Shown in pieces: positions 1 through 19,959 of a stretch of 64,000 nt of DNA. Source of the DNA: Macrostomum lignano (lineage: Eukaryota); NCBI GenBank assembly GCA_002269645.1, contig NIVC01000615.1, forward strand, positions 186,001-250,000. Direction: 5' to 3'. Position numbers and translations under genes: made by a program. Numbering within the stretch: position 1 is the stretch's first letter; every line of letters starts with the position of its first letter. The notes beneath the pieces were generated by a model that saw nothing but the letters and a program-made list of their open reading frames with translations, did no database searches and was not told where the DNA came from.

Positions 1-3000
1 GGATCGGGATCGCTGCCGGCCATTTAGTGAACGCATCCTGCAGCGTTAAGATGTACTGATGACCTCTGGCACTCCTTGGCAACGGCCCGACAATGTCCAC
101 CATCACTCTCTCAAAAGGTTCGCCCGTTCGAATCGGCTCCAGTGGAGCTCTAGCCTTCTTCGCCAACTTCGAGCGGCCGCAGACTTCGCAGCTCCTTACG
201 CACTCAGCGATCTCGCGGCTGATCCCGGGTCTCCAGAACCGTGCAAGGACCTTTCGCTTTGTCTTCTGCAGGCCGAAATGGCCGCCCGCCACGCCGCTAT
301 GACAGTCTATCACAATCCTCTGCAGCAGACACTGTGGTAGCACAATCTGGTCCGTGCCTTTCCACCTCCGCACCAATATCCCGCCGTCCACCTTGAGCAG
401 CTCGCACTGCGCCATGAGCGCTTTGCCCCCTGGTCAATCTCAGCTTTTCGCTCACGCTCTCATTTCCGCTGACCAGCTCCTTCATCCATCGAATCTGGTC
501 TTCCTCGTCCTGAGCTTTTACCAGTTCATGTCGCTCGTCAGCCACGTTCAGCGCACTCACACCATTTGAGATCACTGGTGCAACATCTGAGCAGGACGGA
601 CATTCCAAGAAGCCTGCATGTCGCCGGGCCCGCTGCGATGCACCACGTAGTAATCGAATTCTGCCAGCTTCTCCAGCCACCTAGCACACTGACCTTCCGG
701 ATCCTTCAGATTGTGAATCCACTTCAAGTTGTTGTGATCAGTTCGCAAGCAGAATCTTCTTCCCGCCAGGTAGTACCGATACTTGACCATGAACGTCACC
801 ACCGCCAGCAGTTCTACTCTCGTCGTGCAATAGTTCCGCTCTGCCGATGACAACGATCTTGAGCCATACGCAATAACCTTCTCACTACCGTCCACTTGCT
901 TCTGAGACAACACGGCGCCAACGCCAATAGATGAGCTCGCATCCGTGTCGAGAATGAACTCGCCAGCCTCGGGTCCAAAATCCGGAAACGCCATCACGTC
1001 TGTACTCGTCAGCCGCGCTTTCAAGTCCCGAACGATCGCTCTTCGTCCGGTCCCCACTCAAACTCGACACCTTTGCGAGTCAACCTGAGCAGCGGCTCGG
1101 CAACACTCGAGAAGTTTTTAATAAAACGGCGGTAATAGCTGCACAATCCATGAACGATTGCACGTCTCTGGTGTTCTTCGGTTGGGGCCAGTTTCTGATC
1201 ACTTCGACCTTCTCACTCTCCGTCTCCACTCCCGCCTCCGACACTTGATGGCCCAGGAACGTTACCTTCTTCATCAGAAAATGACACTTCTCCGGCTTCA
1301 ACTTAACTCCAGCCTTCCGCAGCCGTATGAACACCTCTTCTAACCTTTCCAGATGCTCGTCAACCGTCTTGGACCACACCAGGATATCGTCCAGGTAGAT
1401 TAAGCACGTCTTCCAGGCCACGTCGCGCATTGCCAGAGCCATCAGTCGCGTGAAAGTTGCAGGGCTATTGACGAGTCCGAACGGCATCACTTTCCACACG
1501 TACTGACCCTTCAGAGGCACCGAGAAGGCCGTCTTGAGTTGATCCTCCGGTCTTACTTTCACCTGCCAGTAGCCGCTGTGGAGGTCCATCGAGCTGAACA
1601 CTCTTGCTCCCGCCAGTTCGTCCAATGCATCGTCCATCCTCGGCAACGGAATAGCATCTCTCGTCGTTACTTTATTCAAACCACGGTAGTCTACACACAT
1701 CCGTAAACTGCCATCCTTCTTGCGTACACAAACGATTGGCGCGTTCCAAGGAGACTGTGCTGACTCAATGCGTCCTTGCTCCTCAAGTTCATCCACGAGA
1801 GCATGCACTTCTTGCCTAAGGTGCGGGGGCAGTCTCCGCGGCGGGATGTTGACCGGCTTGGCCTCTCCAGTGTCGATCTGGTGCTCCACCAAGGGTGTCA
1901 CACCCAACTGTGCTGAGTCCGTCGCGAAAAGATCACCGTACGCGTCGACTAAGTTCTTAAACCGCTGGTGCTGCCTCTCAGTCGCCATTCCGTCGCCCCA
2001 CTGGCCAAGCTTCTCCCAAACCTTGTCGTCTTTGCGTTCCTCGGCCTTAAATGTCTTGCTGGGACGTTCCTCTGAATCACTCTGCAACACCGCGATCCTT
2101 GGCTGCTCTTCCAGTTCCAGCGGTCGATACCAGCCAACTGCCTCTCCTCGCCGCAGCCGCACCGGTTGCTCAGATAGGTTGCAGACACGAACGACAATCT
2201 TTCCGTTCTCATCCGGTGTCACAAGCGCTCTCGCGGCAACCACTCCAGTTCCCTTAGGGTGCTTTAACGGGTCCATCATTCCTGCTACTCGGACATTTCG
2301 ACCTCTTCGCTTATCCAGTCGGCCGAGCAGAACCGCCTCGTGGCCTGGCTTAACCGTTGCTGTCTCATTCAGGCGAATCCGGCACACGACTGGTCGCTCC
2401 CGTTGGAACCGGATCGGAAGCACTACATTCCTGAGTCGCAGCTCTGCTCTGGCGTAATCGATTTGACAGCCATGCCGTTGCAGAAAGTCCGAACCCAACA
2501 CGAGGTCGTAACCAATCCCTGCCACCACCAGCACGTCGATCGGCACGCTCTCATCCATTTCTAAGTCCAACGTGGTGACACCAATCACTTGAATGGGACT
2601 GCCATTTGCAGTCGTGACTTTGGCGAATGACCCCCGGAAGAGCTCTGGTTTGTACCGCAACCGCGAGAACATCGCCTCCGACATAATGGTACACGAGGCT
2701 CCCGAGTCCAACAGCGCTGACACGGGGTTATCTTTGGCAATCCTTATACTCACATAGACTGACGTCGGGACGATGTTGATGGTGGCCTGTGAAATACTCG
2801 GATTCCGGATGGTGCTAGATGCTCTAGTTTGTGATGTCGCAGCCGGTGCGAACGTTGATGAAGCAGCAGGTGGGACGGTTGATGACGCAACAGGTGAGAC
2901 GATTGATGACGCAACAGATGGGACGATTGATGACGCAATAGGTGGGACGATTGATGACACAACAGGTGAGATGGTTGATGACGCAACAGGTAGGACGATT

Positions 3001-3100
3001 GATGACGAGAGTTGAATGACGCTTGATCCCTTCTCCTCGACGGCTCCATTTGGGGGTGTTTCTGACCTCCGGGGCTCACTTCCCCCACTGCGGGCCCCGC
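1..3100 (-). mobile_element. Ty3/Gypsy pol region (protease, RT, RNase H, integrase N-terminus), frameshifted in this sequence; continues beyond window start
   Basis: Protease ALLDSGASCTIMS (~2700), RT QYVWKVMPFGL and YLDDILVWS, RNase H FILDTDASSSIGVGAVLSQ (572-1057). Hand translation of 1-350 gives integrase zinc finger CHSGVAGGH...CEVC and core start FERVMVDIVGPLP. The order PR-RT-RH-IN is Gypsy-type. Confidence 0.95.
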
Positions 3101-4038
3101 TCTCCATTTCCCTCCGATCGACACTTGGCAGCCACGTGACCAAGTTTGCCACACCGGTGACACCGAATGCCGCGTCCCGCTTGAGCTCCTTGGTGCTGAC
3201 CTCCGGCTTTCTTCGGACAGCGGTTCGCCATGTGCCCCTTCTCGTGGCAATTCCAACACTCCACATCGCTCTGTTGATTCGCTGGCGGTGGTCTCTGAGA
3301 ACTCTTCCCTCCGCCAGATCCTGACGCCTGACTCTGCCGTAGCTGCCGTTCCAGCTCCTCGATCCTGGCCCGCAGGGCGCCGACGTCCTCTTGATTTGCC
3401 TCCCCGGCTGCACCTACAGCGTTGAACGCCGCCGTCTTGCCTAGGCCCGGCTGCCCGACGTGAGCCGCTCGAATTGCAGCGTCCAGCTGACGGGCACTCC
3501 TGATCGCAGCAGCCAGACTCTCCGGCTGGCTAAGAAACAACTTCTCTCGGACTGGCTCGGCTACTCGCACACCTTTCATGAATCGGTCCTTGGCCAGCTC
3601 CGATCTCGCGTCCTGATCAATCGTCGGATAGGCGTTCCGGATTATCTCGAGCAGGGCGTCACCGTAGGCCTCCATCGACTCCTTCTGGTCTTGGTCCCGT
3701 CCAGCCAGCTCCAATCTGAAGTCCTGCGGAGTCCGATGCTGCGTGAACCTGTTCAGCAGATGCTCAGTAAACTCCTCATACTCCAGATCATCCGCCAGAT
3801 TAAGGTTGTCCACCGCGAGATAAGCTGTGTTGAGATCCAGCAGACTCATCAGATGTGGCCTTCGATCCGCTTCTTCAATCCCAGTAGCCTCACAAAATTC
3901 GTTGAAACTCCTCAACCACAGGCGGAAATTCATTCCAGTCACGTACTTCATCGGTTTCGCAACTCTTGGGGGCCCATGGTTGAAATTCTCGCGCAGCCTG
4001 TCCGTCAGCGCACCAATCAGGTCATCGATACCCGCCAT
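3076..4038 (-). CDS. gag: Gypsy gag (320 aa) with two CCHC zinc knuckles
   Basis: ORF 3076..4038 contains CWNCHEKGHMANRC and CHRCGKLGHVAAKC, lies upstream of pol and downstream of the PBS. Confidence 0.92.
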   Translation of the reverse strand: MAGIDDLIGALTDRLRENFNHGPPRVAKPMKYVTGMNFRLWLRSFNEFCEATGIEEADRRPHLMSLLDLNTAYLAVDNLNLADDLEYEEFTEHLLNRFTQHRTPQDFRLELAGRDQDQKESMEAYGDALLEIIRNAYPTIDQDARSELAKDRFMKGVRVAEPVREKLFLSQPESLAAAIRSARQLDAAIRAAHVGQPGLGKTAAFNAVGAAGEANQEDVGALRARIEELERQLRQSQASGSGGGKSSQRPPPANQQSDVECWNCHEKGHMANRCPKKAGGQHQGAQAGRGIRCHRCGKLGHVAAKCRSEGNGERGPQWGK

Positions 4039-4200
4039 GAGTCACAGTACAGCAGTGCGGAACGTTCCGATGCACGATTGAGAAGTTCGGCTCCAAGTTC
4101 GCTTCAGCCAGCAAAACGATAACCCCCAGACGATCGGTCAACACCATAAACAATAAACAATGCAACAGACACTCGCCTTCACAACTCACAGGCACAGCAG

Positions 4201-4218
4201 GCCCCACATTGGGCGCCA
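4201..4218 (-). promoter_or_regulatory. Primer-binding site complementary to the tRNA-Lys 3' end
   Basis: Minus strand TGGCGCCCAATGTGGGGC, one mismatch to the tRNA-Lys1,2 PBS TGGCGCCCAACGTGGGGC, 3 nt after the LTR-terminal CA. Confidence 0.85.
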
Positions 4219-4221
4219 ATT

Positions 4222-5046
<825 letters not shown>

Positions 5047-5099
5047 TTTTGTTTGTTCTGTAATAGATTACTTATTTCAGTAGTTGATGACTTTGCACT

Positions 5100-5710
5100 C
5101 ATTGTGGATAGTTTGGCGCCATTGGTGATAGTTTAGCGTCATTTTGGATAGTTTGGCGCTACTGGTGATAGTCTAGCGCCATTGGTGATAGTTTGGCGCC
5201 ATTGGTGATATTTTGGCGCCACTGGTGATAGTTTGGCGCCATTGGTAATAGTTTGGCGCCATTGGTGATAGTTTGGCGCCATTAGTGAAAGTTTGGCGTG
5301 GTTAGTGATATGTTGGCACTATTGATGATAGCTTGGCGCCAATTATGATAGTTTGGCGCCATTTATGATAGTTTGGCGCCATTAAGGATAGTTTGGCGCC
5401 ATTAAGGATACTTGGCCCCAATAAGGATAGCTTGGCGCCATTAGGGATAGTTTGGCGACATTAAGGATAGTTTGGTGCCATTGGTGGTATTTTGGCGCCA
5501 TTAGGGATAGTTTGGCGCCGTTAGTGATAGTTTGGCTCCATTGGTGATAGTTTGGCGTGGTTGATGATATGTTGGCGCTATTGGTGATAGCTTGGCGCCA
5601 ATTATGATAGTTTGGCGCCATTGGTAAAAGTTTGGCGCCATTGGTAAAAGTTTGGCGCCATTGGTAAAAGTTGGCGCCATTGGTGATACTCTGGCATCAT
5701 TGGTGATAGT
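5100..5710. repeat. ~20-bp minisatellite TTGGCGCCATTGGTGATAGT
   Basis: About 28 visible degenerate tandem copies. Confidence 0.9.
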
Positions 5711-5805
5711 TAAGCGCTTCTCAAGCTATTTTGGCGCCAAAGAAGAAAATGCTGGCACATGTCAACCCGGTCAATCCAATGCCACTTGCAATTTTATCTA
5801 CTCAG

Positions 5806-6117
5806 ACTCAACAAGACTCAACAATCACCGGCTGTGGGACCGGTGGGCGGCAGCGAGAAACGAGTCACGCTGGTCCTCGTCCTGATGAACCTCACCTACT
5901 TTCTCACCAACGGGTTCGCTGGGCTGTTCCTCATCTCGAAGGTGCACCTGGCCAGCGGCAGCGACTTCGCCCTGCTGTGGGCCACTCTGCACCGCTTTGC
6001 TGACGTGTGCGCCTGCTTGAACAACAGCACCAACTGGGTTTTCTACCTGCTGACTGGGAGGAAATTCCGGCAGCAGTTTCTGCGCGTTCTTCGATGCAGC
6101 CCCGATGCCGTGGCTCT

Positions 6118-6150
<33 letters not shown>

Positions 6151-7091
6151 GCAGACTAAAAGGTGAGAAACCAAAAAAGTGGCAAATCTGACACCCACAG
6201 TGAGTCAAATCTGACACCCACAGTGAGTCAAATCTGACACCCACAGTGAGTCAAATCTGACACCCACAGTGAGTCAAATCTGACACCCACAGTGAGTCAA
6301 ATCTGACACCCACAGTGAGTCAAATCTGACACCCACAGTGAGTCAAATCTGACACCCACAGTGAGTCAAATCTGACACCCACAGTGAGTCAAATCTGACA
6401 CCCACAGTGAGTCAAATCTGACACCCACAGTGAGTCAAATCTGACACCCACAGTGAGTCAAATCTGACACCCTAAAAGTTTCAAATATGACACCCTAAAA
6501 GTGTCAAATATAACACCCTAAAAGTGTCAAATACAACACCCTAAGTGTCAAATATAACACCCTAAAAGTGTCAAATATGACACCCTAAAAGTTTTAAATA
6601 TGACACCCTAAGTGTCAAATATAACACCCTAAAAGTGTCAAATATGACACCCTAAAAGTTTTAAATATGACACCCTAAGTGTCAAATATAACACCCTAAA
6701 AGTGTCAAATATAACACCCTAAGTGTCAAATACAACACCCTAAGAGTGTCAAATATAACACCCTAAAAGTGTCAAATATGACACAATAAAACACACTCAT
6801 CTGACACTAGAAAATGTCCATCTTGTCAAATAGATCTACGAAAGTAACTCGCTCACAACCCCCCCCCCACCACTGCACAGACAAGCTCAACAGCAGCATC
6901 CAACAACGAAAGCAGCTGGAGGCACCAACGGATCCGAAGCAGGCAAGATTGTCAAGCATCAGCAACACGCGGTGGACATCGAAACTAAGGCGCCACTACT
7001 GCCAACACAGCGAAATCCTAATCATTGTCAAGAAATCATCTCTACCAGCGGTCAGAACCCATCTGCTGCTGACTACATTTCTACAGTGTAA
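5806..7091 (+). CDS. Class A (rhodopsin-like, probably peptide) GPCR, last two exons: 5806-6162 and 6881-7091
   Basis: Exon 5806-6162 encodes the ICL3 end, TM6 and TM7 (NNSTNWVFYLLTGRKFRQQF, an NxxxY motif plus helix 8) and polyQ. Donor AG|GTGAGA at 6163; acceptor CACAG| at 6880. The phase-2 join stays open to ...DYISTV* (TAA 7089-7091). TM1-5 exons are not in the window. Confidence 0.8.
6185..6790. repeat. Intronic 23-bp array (TGACACCCACAGTGAGTCAAATC) grading into a related 21-23-bp array (TGACACCCTAAAAGTGTCAAATA)
   Basis: Direct reading; the switch occurs near 6470. Confidence 0.9.
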
Positions 7092-7409
7092 CACAGACAG
7101 CCAGCAACTGAAATCTACAATGACTTCAAACTCTTTTGACAAGCAAGTTTGCTTAATTTGCACCGCTCAGTCTAATGTAAATACCGTAGTATTTAGAAGC
7201 ACATCAGCACCAGTAACTATATATGATGCCCAATATTATATAGATTACACAATGTATATGCATAATAGAGCACCATATACCTCACGTGTGAAATGACACA
7301 TATTCATTCACTCACTCTTATTTATTGTTAATTTCACTACAAATTTCTAATAAAATTGTACAGTAATAAAAAGCAAATATTTTGAGTTTCATACTGGTTT
7401 ATTTAAATT

Positions 7410-9335
7410 GAAGACAGCTGACAATGGCCAAGACACACCTGAAGACAGGTGACAATGGCCAAGACAAACCTGAAGACAGGTGACAATGGCCAAGACAAAC
7501 CTGAAGACACGTGACAATGGCCAAGACACACCTGAAGACAGGTGACAATGGCCAAGACAAACCTGAAGACAGGTGACAATGGCCAAGACAAACCTGAAGA
7601 CAGATGAAAATGGCCAAGACACACCTGAAGACAGGTGACAATGGCCAAGACACACCTGAAGACAGGTGACAATGGCCAAGACAAACCTGAAGACAGGTGA
7701 CGATGGCCAAGACACACCTGAAGACAGGTGACAATGGCCAAGACAAACCTGAAGACAGGTGACGATGGCCAAGACAAACCTGAAGACAGGTGACAATGGC
7801 CAAGACAAACCTGAAGACACGTGACAATGGCCAAGACACACCTGAAGACAGATGACAATGGCCAAGACACACCTGAAGACAGATGACAATGGCCAAGACA
7901 CATCTGAAGACAGATGACAATGGCCAAGACACACCTGAAGACAGATGACAATGGCCAAGACACACCTGAAGACAGGTGACAATGGCCAAGACAAACCTGA
8001 AGACAGGTGACGATGGCCAAGACAAACCTGAAGACAGGTGACAATGGCCAAGACAAACCTGAAGACAGGTGACAATGGCCAAGACAAACCTGAAGACAGA
8101 TGACAATGGCCAAGACACACCTGAAGACAGATGACAATGGCCAAGACAAACCTGAAGACAGGTGACAATGGCCAAGACACACCTGAAGACACGTGACAAT
8201 GGCCAAGACACACCTGAAGACAGATGACAATGGCCAAGACACACCTGAAGACAGATGACAATGGCCAAGACACACCTGAAGACAGATGACAATGGCCAAG
8301 ACACATCTGAAGACAGATGACAATGGCCAAGACACACCTGAAGACAGATGACAATGGCCAAGACACACCTGTAGACAGGTGACAATGGCCAAGACCAAAC
8401 AAGACACACCTGTAGACAGGTGACAATGGCCAAGACCAAACAGGACACACCTGAAGACAGGTGACAATGGCCAAGACCAAACAGGACACACCTGAAGACA
8501 GGTGACAATGGCCAAGACCAAACAGGACACACCTGAAGACAGGTGACAATGGCCAAGACCAAACAGGACACACCTGAAGACATGTCGCAATGGCCAAGAC
8601 CAAAAAGGACACACCTGAAGACAGGTGACAATGGCCAAGACCAAACAGGACACACCTGAAGACAGGTGACAATGGCCAAGACCAAACAGGACACACCTGA
8701 AGACAGGTGACAATGGCCAAGACCAAACAGGACACACCTGAAGACAGGTGACAATGGCCAAGACCAAACAGGACACACCTGAAGACATGTCGCAATGGCC
8801 AAGACCAAAAAGGACACACCTGAAGACAGGTGACAATGGCCAAGACCAAACAGGACACACCTGAAGACAGGTGACAATGGCCAAGACCAAACAGGACACA
8901 CCTGAAGACAGTTGACAATGGCCAAGACCAAACAGGACACACCTGAAGACATGTCGCAATGGCCAAGACCAAAAAGGACACACCTGAAGACAGGTGACAA
9001 TGGCCAAGACCAAACAGGACACACCTGAAGACAGGTGACAATGGCCAAGACCAAACAGGACACACCTGAAGACAGGTGACAATGGCCAAGACCAAACAGG
9101 ACACACCTGAAGACATGTCGCAATGGCCAAGACCAAAAAGGACACACCTGAAGACAGGTGACAATGGCCAAGACCAAACAGGACACACCTGTAGACAGGT
9201 GACAATGGCCAAGACCAAACAGGACACACCTGAAGACAGTTGACAATGGCCAAGATTAAACAGGACACACCTGAAGACAGGTGACAATGGCCAAGAATAA
9301 ACAGGACACACCTGAAGACAGGTGAAAATGGCCAC
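7410..9335. repeat. Compound satellite: 31-bp unit (7410-8385) then 41-bp unit (8385-9335)
   Basis: Unit GACAATGGCCAAGACACACCTGAAGACAGGT; the 41-mer adds a 10-bp CAAACAGGAC insert. ORF periodicities are 31 and 41 aa. Confidence 0.93.
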
Positions 9336-10309
9336 AACCTTAATCTTAAGCTAAAGCTAAAATCTCAAGCTGCAAAGAACTAAAAAAAGCAAGCAATTAA
9401 GCCCCGATGTGAAACTTCTGGCATAAATGAAGCGGGATAAAAAAGCAATGATAGCTAAACAATCATTCAAACAAATATATATTTAGAAAACAAAGCTTTT
9501 ATACTTAACTAAAAAACAGTTAAAACACCGAAGGCTCCGCAGTCATCATGAATTTAATGATAACAGTTCCTTATAAAAAACAAACAAAGATAAAGTTTTG
9601 CTTCTAATGCTTCCGCAAAGATTAGCAATACACTGTAAATTAAAAAGTTCTCCGTGGCACCAAAATTAGTCATTAGTAAACAAAGACTACTGTTGGAATA
9701 AGGCTTGTAGCGCTTTGGCTTATGATGCAAAATTTAGCATGTATTGTTGATATTAGAGTCAATAACTATTGGTTAAAAAGCAAAGGTAAAAATCAATGGC
9801 CATTTGTAACTGCTTGTACAATACTCATAATATAGTATAGATTTATTCTCACGCCCTATTGCAGTGTCTGCGCTATCCTTAATATACTACTGTTCAATAT
9901 AGTGCAAGTAGCAAGTAGTGCGGTATAAAAATAGCAAAGGAAATATGTAAAAAAAAAACACAAAAAACAATCAAACAGAATACACTGGTATGAATCTATA
10001 AAAAAAGCTATTAAAAAGTTGAACTTCAAAAATGAACCAATAATTTTGTACAGAATTTCAGAACTAAGCAGTTCCTGTGGATTCGTGGAATGAATATTTA
10101 TTGTAAAGCTACTTTAAGATCTTGGATATTTCAATAGAGTGTAAGAGACATATTTCACTGGGAAAATTTAAGTACGGTTGAAATCTTGCAGATTTGATGC
10201 AACAGTGAAGTACAGAGCGTGTATTGAAATCTAATATTTGACAAATTAATGACTGATAAGATTGAAGTACTCAGAGATCACTGAGGAGTAAAAAACGTGG
10301 TGGCTGAAT

Positions 10310-11150
10310 AAATAAGCCAGAGATATACAGAGAGGAGAGACTGATAAGGAGGCGAAAAGGAGGGAGATAGGAGGAGAAGAGAGGGGAGAGTGGAAAAGAG
10401 AGATGTGGAAAATAGGGGAAGAGGGGACGATGGGAAGAGAGGGAGGGGTAGCGATTAGAGGAAGAGAGGGAGAGTTGGAAAGAAGACAGAGAGATGAGAC
10501 GTAGACTGAGAGGAGGCAAGAGGGAGAGGGAGAGGGGGAGATGAGAGGGAGAGAGAATGGAGGAAGAGAAGAGGAGAGATGAACGGGAGAGGAAGTCGTA
10601 GAGATGAGAGGAAGAGAGATTAGAGGGAGAGATAAGAGGGGGAGATGACGGGAGATGAGGGAGAGATGCGAGGGAGAGATGAGGAGAGAGATGAGGGACA
10701 GAATGAGGGGGAGAGAAATGAGAGGAGGGAGACGAGGGGGAGAGATTGGAGGAGAGAAATGAGAGGAGAGGAATGAGAGGGGGGGAGATGAGAGGGGAGA
10801 AATGAGAGGGGGAGAGATAAAAGGGGAAGAGATGAGAGGGGGAGAGATAAGAGGGGAATAGATGAGAGGGGGAGAGATAAGAGGGGGAGACATGGGAGGG
10901 GGAGAGATAAGAGGGGGAGAGATGGGAGGGGGAGAGATAAGAGGGGGAGAGATGAGAGGGGGAGAGATGAGAGGGGAAGAGATGAGAGGGGGAGAGATAA
11001 GAGGGGGAGAGATGGGAGGGGGAGATGAGAGGGGGAGAGATGAGATGGGGAGAGATAAGAGGGGGAGAGATGGGAGGGGGAGATGAGAGGGGGAGAGATG
11101 AGAGAGCTCTAGAGAGGGAGATGAAAGAGAACTCAAAAGAGGAGCAGAAT
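10310..11150. repeat. GA-rich low-complexity tract with ~20-bp GGGGGAGAGATGAGA-type units
   Basis: Purine-rich plus strand with repeated gagagat motifs. Confidence 0.85.
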
Positions 11151-11714
11151 TAGAAACGCATTGAGCAACCTATGAAGCCCGAATCGCACAGAAATGAAAG
11201 AAGCGATGCTCTCACATCTCACATGAGACATAAAACTGGCAATTTGCTGCGCAACAAAAAATTAAGGAGCCAATTGTTGATAGACAATTCTCAACACCGT
11301 CATTCCGAATACAGGCACCCATCAACTTTAAATTTATTATAAATCTAGTTCAATACAAACAAGTTAGCACTGTTTTGTTATAATAGAAAATTATTGATCA
11401 ATTTTTACATGTACAACAAAAATAAATAAAATCCATGCAAGATTTATTAATCAAAAGAATCAATATATTTAATTAGCAAATATGACCTAACACACTTCAG
11501 TATCGTTAGTAAAGTTATTTACACTAAATATCGCTTGTAACAAATATACTGATAAATTTTAATAATCCCACTAACCCTATGAAAACTACCCCGGGTTCTT
11601 TACGCAGGAAGGTTGTGAGCGAACACCCTGGCGCACCACAACAAGCGCTAAGGCGCTAAGATGAACCTTCAAAATATTACGCGAAAATCGTGTTTCCTTC
11701 TTGAAAATCGATAT

Positions 11715-12265
11715 CTAATTTATCAGATCTATATATAATCTATCAGATCCTATATCTTATCTATCAGATCTATATCTAATCTATCAGACCTATATCTAAT
11801 CTATCAGGTCTATATCTAATCTATCAGATCATACATCTAATTTATCAGATTTTATATCTAATTTATCAGATCCTATATCTAATCTATCAGATCTATATCT
11901 AATCTATCAGATCTATATATAATCTATCAGATCCTATATCTTATCTATCAGATCTATATCTAATCTATCAGACCTATATCTAATCTATCATGTCTATATC
12001 TAATCTATCAGATCATACATCTAATTTATCAGATTTTATATCTAAATTATCAGATCCTATATCTAATCTATCAGATCTATATCCAAACTATCAGATCTAT
12101 ATCAAATATATCAGGTCTATATCCAAACTATCAGATCCTATATCTTATCTATCAGATCCGATATCTAATCTATCAGATCCGATATCTAATCTATCAGATC
12201 CGACATCTAATCTATCAGATCCGATATCTAATCTAACAGATCCGATATCTAATCTATCAGATCTA
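11715..12265. repeat. 20/21-bp ATCTAATCTATCAGATCT(AT) minisatellite just downstream of the RhoGAP stop
   Basis: Direct reading; the same unit recurs at 13975-14440. Confidence 0.9.
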
Positions 12266-12404
12266 TTTTCAAACGAATCACGGATGCTTTTATCGCTAAG
12301 ATGCTCTCTTGAAACGACAGGGCGAAAATCGAGCTACTTCTTAGTTAAAATAATGATGATTGTCATTTATGTCAACAACAATGATAATAATTTAATCTCT
12401 TTGT

Positions 12405-19415
<7,011 letters not shown>

Positions 19416-19959
19416 GGCTAAACTATTAACATAAAATTTGTGTTTTAACATTTCAAGTTAAACCAATAACTAATTTAGCCGCAGAGCGTTGCACTCTGGT
19501 TTATGTAGTAAACCTATTTATTAGAAATAGGGCTAGTGTTTATACAGCACAGCCCTAACGTCTAGAATAAATTGGCCTATATGTTTCAAAGGCTTTATTT
19601 AGTCAAGCCATCATCAAAGTATCTACAGCTTTGCAACGTGAAACATTCCTTGCTAATTTGTATACACTAATAACAGTCTGATATATACATAAATATATTA
19701 TGCATTTCCCTCACTGTTACTGATCTATCACCAAAGCAAGTAAGCATTTTAGCCTAGCAGAATTAGTGTTGTGCAGAGCTCTCATTCCAATTTCACTTTC
19801 TCACCATCTTACCTGTTTAAATGCATTTCTGATCTTTCCTCTCTCCGTCACTCGCAACCCTCGCCCTCTGACCCCTGCACACTGCAAGCCAACCTTTTCG
19901 ATTCTAGTCAAATCGACCTCTCTCTCTGCCACTTCAAACTCTACTTCTCTCCGCTGTTC

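Noticed and set aside
7389-9337. Three overlapping 615-648 aa Cys-rich ORFs
   Set aside because: They are translations of a 31/41-bp satellite that is stop-free in all frames, with no unique domain or splice context.
10246-11136. Pro/Ser/Leu-rich 296-aa ORF; similar ORFs at 44564-45546 and 51026-51772
   Set aside because: Low-complexity GA/CT tracts without splice or domain support.
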